A DNA stretch of 64,000 nucleotides from Tubiluchus corallicola. Taxonomy: Eukaryota; Animalia; Priapulida. Within the stretch, counting starts at the first letter, position 1. Each line of letters opens with the position of its first letter. The notes beneath the pieces were generated by a model. The model was not told where the DNA came from. It saw only the letters and a program-made list of their open reading frames with translations, and made no database searches. The translations under genes were made by a program, and so were the position numbers. Positions 12,236-24,500 of this stretch are shown one piece after another. The stretch spans positions 62,001-126,000 of the forward strand of contig JAQGDQ010002377.1 in NCBI GenBank assembly GCA_030141605.1, read 5' to 3'.

Positions 12236-12483
12236 ATGCAAGATCCAAGGTGTATAAACAAATCTGTAATTCCTAATTAGCATTTTGCAGGCAAAGAAAT
12301 CAGTGTTCCACGAATCCACCTAGTAAGATTCATTTCTAAACATACAGACATTTAGTTAAGAGAAGCAGCACAGAGCTCTAAAATCTACGCAGAAAATGCC
12401 CGAAGGAGGTGACGAAAGTTTTCTCTTGTGCAAATTTCTATGGTTGGACCTTCTTGCTCATCGTACACCTGATGTTGACGAAA

Positions 12484-12497
12484 ATCACCGTGGCAAC
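12484..12497. promoter_or_regulatory. Candidate RFX X-box in the CpG-richer dynein promoter
   Basis: ATCACCGTGGCAAC (reverse complement GTTGCCACGGTGAT) has a perfect GTTGCC half-site. It lies ~90 bp upstream of the putative ATG, next to a TGACG. RFX control of ciliary genes is established. Confidence 0.55.
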
Positions 12498-12585
12498 GCA
12501 AACGTGACGAGCAGACTTCGTCAAAATTACGAGTTTTTTCAGAAACGCGCGATTATACTTTCTGAAGCTTTTCTGTTTAGTAGCA

Positions 12586-15500
12586 ATGGATCCGAAAAAG
12601 GTTTCTATTTCTATTTACTGCTTTAGTTTCTACTAGTCGTTATAATTCCTGTTTTTTTGTAAAATAAATTGGAAGTGATCAGGGTGTAATTTCATATACA
12701 CGGTTTGATAAGTTTATAATAATCATTAGTTTTTACTACTGTTTTCGATGCATTTATTTTTTATGATAATGGTGCATGATAATTAATCTGGACACTCATT
12801 TATAGCATAAAAATAAATGCATGATATAGTTACAGTGACTATAGATATTTCACAAGTTTGGAAGTAGTTAATATAGATTATAGGGAATGCAGCAGTAAAA
12901 ATTTTATTACTAAAATTCAAGATTGGATATTTTCCGACAGATTAAAAAGAATAAAACAAACGAAAAATTCTAAAACAATGCACACAATATATTAGGAATT
13001 CAGGTTTGAAGTAGACTGTATGCGGTGTGTGTATATTATGGGCACTGAATAGCATACAGCCCAGTCTCGGATGTGCCTAGAGTTGAAAAAGCATTAAATA
13101 ACTTGAATGGTAGTAAAGTTCATGATAATGTTTCTGCAATTAAAGCTGTTAAAGGAAATGTCTGTACAGCGGGTCGTGGAACAACGCATGCACCCAGCTA
13201 GGGGGTTTGGGGCCATTAACCACCAATGCATTTTCCCGTATTTAAGAATATTTTGGAGGCCTCAAATGAGATCTAAATTCTGGTACACAGAATGTCTCAT
13301 ACGTGAAAATGTACTTATAATAAGTCAAGTAGCTATTGGCTGATCAACTTTGTAGTTATTGATTGATTGTTGTTGAAATTTTGAAATACAATGTAATACA
13401 ACCAAACTATAAGCTCTAAACTTGGAAAAAATTAGGAAAACCTTTATGGCTTTTTGTTCTACTGTGAAAAATAAGTTAGCAAAGAAGGAAGACTGCTGTA
13501 AACCTTTCAGTCAAAATTTTACTTATGATTCATAACATATTTAAGACTGATTGGATATAAATGTATTAAAACTCAATTGTCGTTTGTCAAATTGCCAGGG
13601 GCTTGCCACATTGCTAATTAACTTGGAGTCATATCCTGGGTGAAATTTCCTAAATTTAGCGGCTTCATAAGTCAAAACCCTTGTGTGAATCACAAAATAT
13701 TGTCTCTAATCTGTGATGTTTCATTAGAGCAGCTAAGTTCAGTGGTGCACCACACGTTCCAGAGTGCTACCTGCTGTATTCCCAGACAATTTTTTGCATT
13801 GTCTAGCAGTTCTATTTCATTGTGATCACATTTTACGCTATGTTTACACTGAAGCAGCAATTCTTGGCAAATCAGGAGAAAGATTATCACTAAAATCTCG
13901 ATTAAAATTCCAAATTGGGAGAGTTGTAATGTCTGGCAATTATTGTAACTAATGCGGCTCTACGCTATAGTTAGGTAGTGTTGTAACGTCTTGGCAACAT
14001 TTGTAACTTTGTTAGAAACTTTATAGAACATTTAACATAAGTGTTTCTTGCTTATTAATCTGTTTATTCACAAAGACTGCTGCCATGATAAGTCTAGAGA
14101 ATGTAACGGTTCGTGGCTTGCCCGCTGAAAACAGTGAGGGGAAACCTTAGTGAGCACAAACATAAAAAAACCATAGATAAGAACATGTCACATCCTCTTC
14201 CTTTTAAAAGTAAGTAACATAGACCAACTAAACTGAAAAACATCAATCTAAGCAGATATCAAGGTCACAAAATTAAAGGTCAACATCAAGGTTATCAATA
14301 CTCAAACTAGGTAACATAATCATTAAGAAACTTAGGTCTCTGAATGCGCCTACCAGAACGTGTTCTAATCTCGTTATCATTCCTCTGTCTGTTATCATTA
14401 AGTGTGTCTGGTATCACGTCTTGTTTCTGTCTCATGTTGTCGTATGGGCAGTATACAGATTCATTTATATAAGTCTCAGACGTCTTGCACAGATGAACTC
14501 TGTTTCTTCTGTACACCAACATTAAGGTTACAAGGTAAGACCTTTCACCAATCTTCCGTATCACTATAGCTTTCTCCCACATCTTCCCTTTTTGTAGAGG
14601 GTCCATACGTACAACATCCCCAACCATTAATTGAATCAAAGGTTTCGCCTATTGGTTGTAATATGTAGCTTGGCGATCCTTCTGAGCAATGATTTTCTCT
14701 CTAGTATTTGGCACAAATTTCGGCTCTAGCAAGGAAGATGGCATTGGTAGTGTAGTCCGTGTCCGTCTTCCAAACAATCGTTGAGCTGGTGATGCATTAA
14801 GAACTTCCGCTGGTGTATTTCTATAAGCCAATAGAGACAAGTATGGGTCTTCTTTTGCAACTAGCGCTTTCTTCATCAAACGCTTAGCAGTGTTGACAGC
14901 ATTCTCAACTTTGCCATTCGATTTTGGATACCTCGGTGAAGAACTTTCATGCTGGAAGCCATAAATTTTAGCAAAAGTTTTAAACTCTTGAGAATCAAAT
15001 GGCACATTATCAGAACGGAGCATTTCTGGTATTCCATGCCGAGAAAAATGTGCTTTCAACTTTGTTATGACTGTTCTAGGTTCTTTTGATTCAAGCTTGT
15101 CTATTTCAAAGAAGTTGGAATAATAGTCAGCAGTTATGAGATAATCAGTATTATTTACCTCACACAGATCACTTCCTACAATCTGCCATGGTCGAGTTGC
15201 AATTTGTGGAATCAATTCCTCCTTTTGCTGTGACCGTGGATATGCATTACAGATTTCACACTTTTGAATGTAAGATTCAAAATCAGCGTTCATCCGGGGC
15301 CAGAATACAACTTCACCTGCTCTTCGCAAGCAGCCTTGTATTCCCATGTGGCAAGCATGAACCAGTCTAATGAAAGACAGCCTTTCGCTCGATGGGTATA
15401 CAATTCTCTCACCTTTAAATATCAAACCTTCGTTTATTGCCAGTTCGTCTCTATTATTAAAGTATTGCCGTAGATCCGGTTGCACCTCAGACACTTTGCA

Positions 15501-18500
15501 AGGCCAGCCAGACCTAATCATAGATTGCAAAGCTTTCACTGTAGCCACTTTGAGCAATTCAAGTTTCTCATCTTTAAAAGTAGCAGGTACGTATTCCAAA
15601 GCACGTACAGTTTCAAATTCTAAAGCAATGTCATCAGTCTCGGGGAGAGAAGCACGAGACAAGGTGTCAGCCATCAGCATGGTTGCTCCTTTCCTATATA
15701 CTACTTCAACATCATAGTTTTGCAGCACCAACATCATGCACTGTATTCTCTTAGGAGCACTAAGTATGCTCTTCTTGAGTATGGATTCTAGAGGCTTGTG
15801 ATCAGTTTCCAGTTTTACTTTACGAGCGTAGCAGCAGTGGTCAAACTTTTGAATACCAAAAATTAGACTCAGCATTTCCTTTTCAAGTTGCGCATAGTTC
15901 TGTTCGGTTGCAGTCAAAGTTCGAGAGGCGAATGCAATTGGTTGACCATTCTGCATTAGACATGCACCTAAGCCTGACTGACTGCTGTCACATTGCAGAG
16001 TAAGTTTTTCATCTGGGTTGTAATATCTGAGCACGGGAGACGTAGTTATGAGCTTTTTAACCTGTGCAAATACCTCTTGTTGTTCAAAGTTCCATCTGAA
16101 TTCTGTTTTGTCAGACATTACGTTACTAATAGGTTTAAAGACTTCAGAAAGCATAGGCAAAAACTTTGCCAAGTAATTGACAAAACCACACAGTCTTCTT
16201 ACTCCCGTCTTATCGATTGGAGCCGGCATATTTTGCACCGCTGCGACCTTGTCGGGGTCAGCTTTAATACCATTAGCACTCAGAATATGCCCGTGGTATC
16301 GCACTTCACTACGTTGAATCTGACTTTTATCTGGATTCAGTTTTATATTTCTTTCACGACATCGTTCAAAGAATGCTCTCAGTTTGTTGTTATGGTCAAC
16401 ACCGGCTTCTGTAATGGTAGCACCACAACCATAAATTAGTACGTCATCATGGAAGTCTTCTTTTCCTTTTAAGCCTTGTATTTGCTCATCCATTTTCTTC
16501 TGAAAAATCTCAGGCCAAGCTGAAATCCCAAACGGAGCTCTAGTATAACGATATCTACCGAACGGAGTATCAAATGTTGTTAGATCTTTGGTCTTTTCTT
16601 CTAGCTTCATGTGATGAAACCCACTTGTCACTTTGAAAGTAGAAAAGAGCTTCGCATTGCACAGTCTAGGAGTAAGCTCCTCCATTGTAGGAATATGGTA
16701 GATTTCTCGTCTGATAGCATTATTCAGTGGTTTAGGATCCAAGCAGATTCTGATACTCCCCGAACGTTTAGTAGCAGTTGTGTAAGCGTTAACCCAGTCA
16801 GTAGGGTGGTCTGCACGTTCAGTGATGTTGTTTTGTTCGAGTCTGTCAAGTTCAGCTTTAAATTTATCTCGCATGTTATAAGGAAATCGCCTACATGGTT
16901 GTACAACTGGCGGTACAGTAGGATCAATTTTCAAACTTACACATCCAGGGAATTCTCCTGGTACCTCACTGAAAATATCAGAAAATTCAGTTAGTAAAGC
17001 ATTACAATCAGCAACACTACAAACATCTGAAACATGTGCTGTAGGCCTAGTACTGCTATCACTACACAACATATTAGCAACATTGGCTGATTCAACCCTT
17101 TTGAAGTTATTTTCATTTACAGTAATAAGCTTCATTTGTTGTGAAGCACGAGAACCTAACAATGGTACATAATTTTCGTTTACGACCAAAAAGTTCACAG
17201 AGTAACTTTTCTTATTCACTGGATTTACAATTGGCAATCTGACTTGCCCAATGGGACTTATTTTAGTTATGTTCCACATTTCTAACACAGTCTTTACAGT
17301 AGAAGTTTATCACACAAGTGATGCGGCACAAGTCTTTCAGGTATAATGTTTATACTGGCCCCACAATCGATCTGAAAAATCGTAGGTGTACCCGCCATAA
17401 GCCATTCACTGTAAATCTGAGGCTGTTGCGTGGTACACTGTTCAGCATCATGAACAGTATGAGTTACAGTTCCAATCGCATGCTCATTCGACTGTTCCTC
17501 ACAGTTTGCCATGTCAAAGACAATTTGGCTTCTTCTCGACGGAAATGATTTTGCACGAGTGTCAGTTCTACCTCTAGATTTGCACATAGACTGAAAATGA
17601 TTTTTTCCATGGCAAATGTTACATGTTTTGCCATAAGCAGGACATTTATTTTTGTCCCATTCATGCTTACGCCCACAGAAGTGACAGTCAATCACCTTTT
17701 TCTTAGTACCCGTGGCTTTACTAGCACTACCTTTATTAGTTTTGGGTTTGACAGCTTGCACTTGTTCAGAGTAGGAAGCTTGTTCAGCCTTTATATTTTT
17801 AAGTTGACTTGCAGACTCAGCAAACGAGCGACAAATAGTTATGCAGCTACTCAATGTTAGTTTTGACTCTTGCAGTAGTCGCTTACGAGTAATATTGTCA
17901 GTTATGCCTAGAACTATCCGATCCCGTATCAGACTATCAGTTAGATTGCCGTAATTACACCTTTTGGCTAGTGTGCGCAAAGATGAGACATAGGCGTCGA
18001 TTGTTTCACGAGGATTTTGATCGCGTTTATTAAAACAATATCTTTTGTAAGTTTCATTAGTTTCTCCAACACAAAATGCTTCAAATTTTTGTAGAACCAT
18101 TGCAACATTTGTTTTATCTGCCTCATTTTCAAATTCTAGTCCATCAAAAATTTCCACACACTCAGGACCCAAAACGGTCAATAATGTGGCTGTTCTAACA
18201 GCATAATTTGCTTCATTGAGCTTCAAAGCCACCTCATAATTGTCCCACATGCGACGAAATTTTCGCCATTTCACAGCTAAATTTCCATGCAGGTCTAGTC
18301 TAGGTGGTGCAGGTAGAACACTATACGGGGAAGTAACTTGAATATGACCTTCGCCATCAGCCATTTTATCCTACCACAGTCTTCCCGAGAGAAATTTTGG
18401 CGTTACTCAAAGAAGTGATGTTATCAGCGTATCCGTAGTTAAGCACTCGCTGATAACTTCCATCCGTACTACCATGTAACGTCTTGGCAACATTTGTAAC

Positions 18501-21500
18501 TTTGTTAGAAACTTTATAGAACATTTAACATAAATGTTTCTTGCTTATTAATCTGTTTATTCACAAAGACTGCTGCCATGATAAGTCTAGAGAATGTAAC
18601 GCCTAGTGGCTTGCCCGCTGAAAACAGTGAGGGGAAACCTTAGTGAGCACAAACATTAAAATATAAACCATAGATAAGAACACGTCACAAGTGTAAGTCA
18701 ATTTTAATGATGCAGTCTGCCGCTTGAACCAAATCTGTACATTGTTGTAAAGCCAACCCTTACGTCCTAGCTAATTAAAAATAAATTAATTTAGGAACGA
18801 TGTAAAGGAAATGCTTACCACACATGCGCATCTTGCATACTGAAGTCCAACTATTCCATTAACTCTACGCTAAAGTCCTATGATGGGATAGCTATACTAA
18901 AACAATAAAAATACTGGCATGTTGAAAACTAAAATTAACACAATGAAACATTTAAACAGTACAGTAATTAGTAAAACACTTAAACTATAAATCATGATTT
19001 AGCACTCTGGAACATCTATAGAAATCGACTACAGTACATGTTAAATAATGGCTTAGACAAACCACATGATGCACATAGACATTCATGTATAGCTGGGCCA
19101 GCATTAACCCAAGTTGAATACACGGCAGCATTTCTCTCGCGGATAGGCCTAGGTCTAGGAAAAAACAATGCTGTCGCTAATTGTGATTGGACAATTTCCG
19201 ATTAAGCCACGTCTTCATGCGCCCCGTCCGAAATTGTATTGAGTCTGATTTCAGACGTTGAGTTGGAAAATGCCGTGAATGCTTACAGCTGCTTTGCTGC
19301 GTAATGTAATGGTTTCGCAAAACCTATAGCCTACCGACGTTATAATACAATATGGGTGCAAAATATTATTATGATAAATATTAGCAATAATAGTTAATTA
19401 TTATAAATATTTACAAGTGCTTTTTACATCGTAATAATTTTTGGAAATTAGAAGGCATGCAGTGCTTGCATGGCATGTATGGACTGCACGCCACTGCTGT
19501 GCAGAGTGCTCATAATATTAGCTCAAAATTTTCAAAACTAATTTTAGATTCTGGAATTATTAATGGAAACATGCTTTAATAATCTTCACATGTCAAAGAT
19601 CAGAGGGAGAGAACAAAAGTGGAACAGGGAGAGAGATAGAGAGAGAGAGAGAGAGAGGGGTGGGTAGAGGACTGGTAGAGAAATAGCAAAATGAATATAT
19701 ATATATATGAAGCGTATATGTACTGTGCATTTGAAAATCTGAAATTTATAGTTGCAGTTTGTCAATATGCCACCAGTCGGAAAAGCACGTATGCCAAGGC
19801 CTAACACGCAGTTGACAGGCATTCCAAATCTTCCACCTATCCCCAAACCAAGTATTTGTGTTTACGAAGCTTCACCATTATACAAGGTAGACTTAGACTA
19901 GAAAATTAATATTTACTATGTGGTTTAAACTTGTTTTGACTTTTGAGTGAGCTGTATGTACTTTTGTTGAAACTTTTTAAATTCAATGTCTCTTTGATTA
20001 TACTTATTCACAAAGTTTCATTTCAAAAATTTACTAATTTTGGATGTAATCATTGTTAATAATCTCAATTAACATTATAAATATCTAAGGAATAATCAAT
20101 GCTTGACATTTTACTTATTTGTGATCATAATATCAATAGTTCAAGACTATTGTAAATGACGGCATAAACACACAATTGATTGAAGTTTGAAATTTGTAAA
20201 GCCGGAAATGTGGTTTCAAAATCTGGAACACCGTCTAGTTTTGAACTATGAACTCTTTGCTAACAAGGCAAGTGCCATAAACCACTAAACTGTCTTATTC
20301 CCCAGCAATTGTGACAGTCCAAAGTACATCCCTTGTAACTTGCTGACCGGTTCAGCATTTCCAATGTCAGATCACTCCAACTAGAGTGATTCTGGCTAAT
20401 TAGATTAATTTTGATTTTGATTTTGAGCCTGAAATTCCCATGGGCAACTAATTAATTATTTATAATCTTAATAGTTAATATGCATTGGGTGTAAGAGTCA
20501 CGCATTTTAGGCTTTGTTGTTTTCTCGAGCCCGAAAACCAATAAATCGCGACACTCGCATATTTTAGATCAAGCACAGATCTTATCCTTGTTGCCTCCGT
20601 CTTCTTCTGAAACTCATCTTAGAATGTAAATTATTTGTTTACTAAATTTAGTTACTAAAGCTTCCACTTTTCATTCATCTCCATTTTCTTTTGTTGAGCA
20701 AGTTAGTGCAAATGTTTCATATTTTCCTCGATCAGTTAGCAACAGTTGAAAGAAATTAAGTACCAGTAGGTAATTATGCATTGTTATTTATTTTATTCTA
20801 ATACGTTCTAGTCAGAAATTTATGTTCCTTTTATTATTTGCCTCATACATGTAATAACTTGTGGTAAGTTATTAGGCTTAATCTGTTTTTAGGCTGCAGC
20901 TCTTGGATTGAGACAAAAGTAAGTTGAGAAAATGAGATACTGCAAATTGTAATCACAATATTTAATTAGATTATGTTACATCTGAAACCTAAACTTGAAG
21001 AAGCTCATCAGTATTTAAGTAGGCTTAATATAGTGTATTCGGGAACACTTAAATTTAGCTTGCATTTAAACCTTCCAACATGCACTCAAAAGAGTATTAT
21101 AAAATACACTGGCTCTGCCCGTACTCCTATCGTGAGGTCATTTACCCCTACACCCTGTAACTGAATTGTAACGTCTCACTCAGTTGGTTCTCTACTCTTG
21201 GCAGCTCTGCATCAATGTTATTGCTAATGATGGTACAAACCCATTGTCCAAAAGCATTGTAAATAATTAAGTAATTGCTCTTTAGAATTTCAGGTTCAGC
21301 TATCAGAACTAATAAAAACAAAATTTTAGAATCTAAATAGCTAGAATTACCTGGCATGAGTAATATAAATCAGAAATCCTGAAATGTTTGGCTAGCGTTG
21401 ACTTTGAAATGTCATAATCACCGGGGTAGCATTACTTATTCCCATACTTATTAGCATTACTTAATCAATAATAATTATCTACACTATAATATACTATAAT

Positions 21501-24500
21501 GCTATACTATAAGATATTATAATAATCAATCTTTGATGACATTTTACAGACAATTGAGGCGAAGATGACACATCCACCTATTTTAGCTAGAGCTCCATAC
21601 ACACTGGCAGCTCCATGGAAAGAGCAGAGGTACTGCCGGACTCCTAGTGAGTCTATAGGAAACAATTTTACCCCCGCAGCTGCAAAATATCAGCTAAAGT
21701 CACTAGCGGGTCAGCGAAGAAAGGGGGCAGAGTTGCGAAAACGGACGAGTTTGGTCAGAAGTGTAAAAATACCGTCTCTTCAAGCTGCAAAGCGAAAAAA
21801 GAAGAAAATGGCTGCAGAAAGGCATGTAGTAAATTTGTTGTTTCTTAGTTTGGCATGAATTATATGCAAAATAAGTTAGAGGTTTATTCATTGGCCTCAA
21901 AATTTTGAGTATGAGTTGTATTTATTATGTTCAGTTATTCTCTATACAGTGCCATGAGACCTTATAATTCGCTAAATTTTACAATTCCTCACACACACGA
22001 AATTAATTCGTGAAGATTATTAGGACAAGGGTGAGCGTTAGGGTTGGGGTTAGGATTAGGTTAGCGGTTATGGTTAGGTGAGTGTAAAGATTAAGGCTAT
22101 GGTTAAGTTGGATTAGGGTTAGGGTTGGGGTATTTAAATTGTTTGGGGAATTGTAAACTCCTTCCTTTTAACTCATAAATATATAGCCTATTTGTGGTTC
22201 TTAATTTGTGGAAATTAATATTATCATTTATTTTATGTGGAATTTGTCAAATCTAAATAATTCTTATAATAACAAAAGGTAAAAACCGTTTCAGATACCA
22301 ATGAACAATGGCAATTTACATGTTATCAGAGGCGCTCAATTTCATAGAATGTTTATGTTTGAATTTACTAAGCAGCTTATTCTTTGCTAGGACTGTGGTT
22401 TCTATTGCACTCTTTCAGTAAAAAATCATTTGAAAGTCACATTCAACTTATATAAAAAAATTGGCTATATGCATTGTGCACCAAATAAATGGTGATTTGC
22501 ATACATTATTGTTTCAGATAGTTGTTTACAGAATTTACAATATCTTGTTTGTCACCTCACCAAATGGTCAATCAAATGTCACCAAATGTCTTATTGAAAG
22601 CCTGAGTATGTTTTATTAACGAATGAAAAGTGGTGGTGTTCCTATCTTTGCAGGGCTGCTAAGAAGCAGGCTATTGAAGCAGTTAGTCGTCCAATGTCAC
22701 CTGTGTTGCAGCGGGATATTATTCTTACGAAGTGTCAGGATGCAATTGTCGATCAAACTTTGACAGACTTTGAGGTTTGTATCTTTCATTTTTACTTTTG
22801 CCTCTAGAGCACTGCTTGATAAAATTCTATTGTCATTATGTGGAATGATATTAGTGAAGAAAGAGATGAAAACTGCATATGTAGACGAAAGGCAGGTGTG
22901 CTTAGTTAGCATGTTTTCATTGTTACAACATACACTTTCCCATAACATGCAGCGTATATATATATATATATATATATAAGCCTTTAATATCAATATGTAT
23001 AAAACTTTTCAAGGTCATTTGGTAAACCACATTTGTGAAATGTAGGGTTTTCGCTTATCATGACTTTTTGTGTTTTTAGCGGTATTGTTACTATATTAAT
23101 GAAGGTGTGCGTGACAGTGATCTAGCAGTTCAGCCACTGGAACTGATGCAGAATGCATTGTTGCGCTTAGGAAACAGTGTGCCTCCTGTGGGCAAACAGA
23201 AGAAGCTTCATGCAAAACTTGCTGCTGAACTGAACGATCGATACAAATTTAGTGTGAAAAAAGCCATAGGTAATCTCCACATTGCATTGGGTAACAATGT
23301 TGATTTTGTGCGTTATTCTTTTATGAGAAAAGAAGCTTACCAATTGGTGTATATACACATTAGTTAACTGATACCAGAATATTCACATATTTGTCAATTA
23401 ATTCATTTACGAAGATCAGCAAAGGCAGCTTCCTGGCAAAATGCTTTTTTACTCGCAAAATATAACTGTTTTGTACAAATGAAAAACGTTAACTTTTTAA
23501 ATGGAAAAGTGGTTGTTATTTTATAATCAGTTAAACACATTTTTAATTGAATAGTTGTTAATTTGAACTTTTTTACTTTTTCATCTTGGCTTGAAATTGC
23601 AGTGGAAAGCAAATATGTTCACTGATATGCCTATTGTTTTTACAGCAGATGTGCCGAATATTTTATTTTAGTTCTTTTTATTTGAATTAGTGGATTATAT
23701 TTTGATGGATGAGATAGAACGAATTAGACTGCAGATATACGAACTGCCAATTCCGTTCCCAGACAGGTATTACTTCCTCACCTTCATTCTTCATTAGTTT
23801 TGTTGAGTGACATTGTTTGTGACTGACTGGATGGGTGCTTTCATGCAAATGGCGTGTGTTGAAAACTAGCTCACTTTGGGCAGTACCATTCATAAACTAC
23901 TGGCTGTTTACCTCATAGAAGGAGGATATATTGCGAACGTAGCTGTGACACATCTGCCAGTTAAATGGCTCAAAACAACATAGAAGGACTTCCTTGATAA
24001 TGAGGCAGGCTCCAATCTCACTACAAATATCTCGTTGAGTAGATCCTGCTGTTAAACACTGGGTTCCAGCTTGCAGTGCATGAAATTGTATAAAAAAAGT
24101 ACAAAAAATTTGCATTTTCTTCTCGAAAAACATATTTATAAACTGCTGAAGAAGCAAATGTTGAAATTTTGGTTGGTATTACTTTGGTTGCTGTCATTGC
24201 TCTCACTTTGGCAGCATCTACATTTTGTGAATGTGGGTTCTTCTTACATTACAATAGAGTATGTACAACATTTATAATAGTTTTCCTGACGCTAGGCCGC
24301 TACTGACAATTAATATATAGTGCTAGTTACCTTGAGGCATTGTGAACCATACAATAAGTAATTCACAGTGCAATTTGAAAAAAACTATTGTGAATTTTAA
24401 TTGTAAAAATTATAGCAACATAATTAATGCCTCTTATCGCCAACTCAGAATATAACTTGGATGATGACAGGAAATCCTATCATATTCAATTATATGCATT

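Larger units (their letters stand above)
13982..18689 (-). mobile_element. Full-length Ty3/gypsy LTR retrotransposon (Mag-like), inactivated
   Basis: TG...CA LTRs at 13982-14192 and 18475-18689; 5-bp TSD AGTGT on both sides; PBS TGGTAGTACGGATGG next to the 5' LTR (resembles the tRNA-iMet 3' end); polypurine tract AAAAGGAAGAGGA next to the 3' LTR; domain order PR-RT-RH-IN. Confidence 0.97.
13170..19496 (-). mobile_element. Decayed hAT-like DNA element in dynein intron 1, interrupted by the gypsy element
   Basis: Right end reads CAGTGGCGTGCAG on the minus strand; left end is degenerate (CGGGTCGTGG). Flanks CTGTACAG (13162-13169) and CTGTGCAG (19497-19504) form a 7/8 candidate 8-bp TSD. No clear transposase ORF remains. 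Confidence 0.45.

Noticed and set aside
17280-17320. Programmed -1 gag/pol frameshift
   Set aside because: The break falls inside the protease after the DCG motif, the overlap is only ~4 codons, and there is no XXXYYYZ slippery site. A 1-bp deletion is more likely.
15188-17860. Plus-strand ORFs of 60-148 aa overlapping gag/pol
   Set aside because: Antisense shadows of the retroelement coding sequence with no recognisable motifs.
11413-19496. 21/24 inverted match (11413-11436 vs 19473-19496) suggesting one transposon had captured the dynein promoter and exon 1
   Set aside because: No TSD for this pair (TTAATTTG vs CTGTGCAG), whereas 13162-13169 gives a 7/8 TSD with the same right end. 11413 is more simply a separate end fragment of the same family. 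Not fully excluded.
22020-22135. True telomere or chromosome-fusion scar
   Set aside because: The TTAGGG tracts are short, degenerate and always embedded in the same inverted-repeat element.
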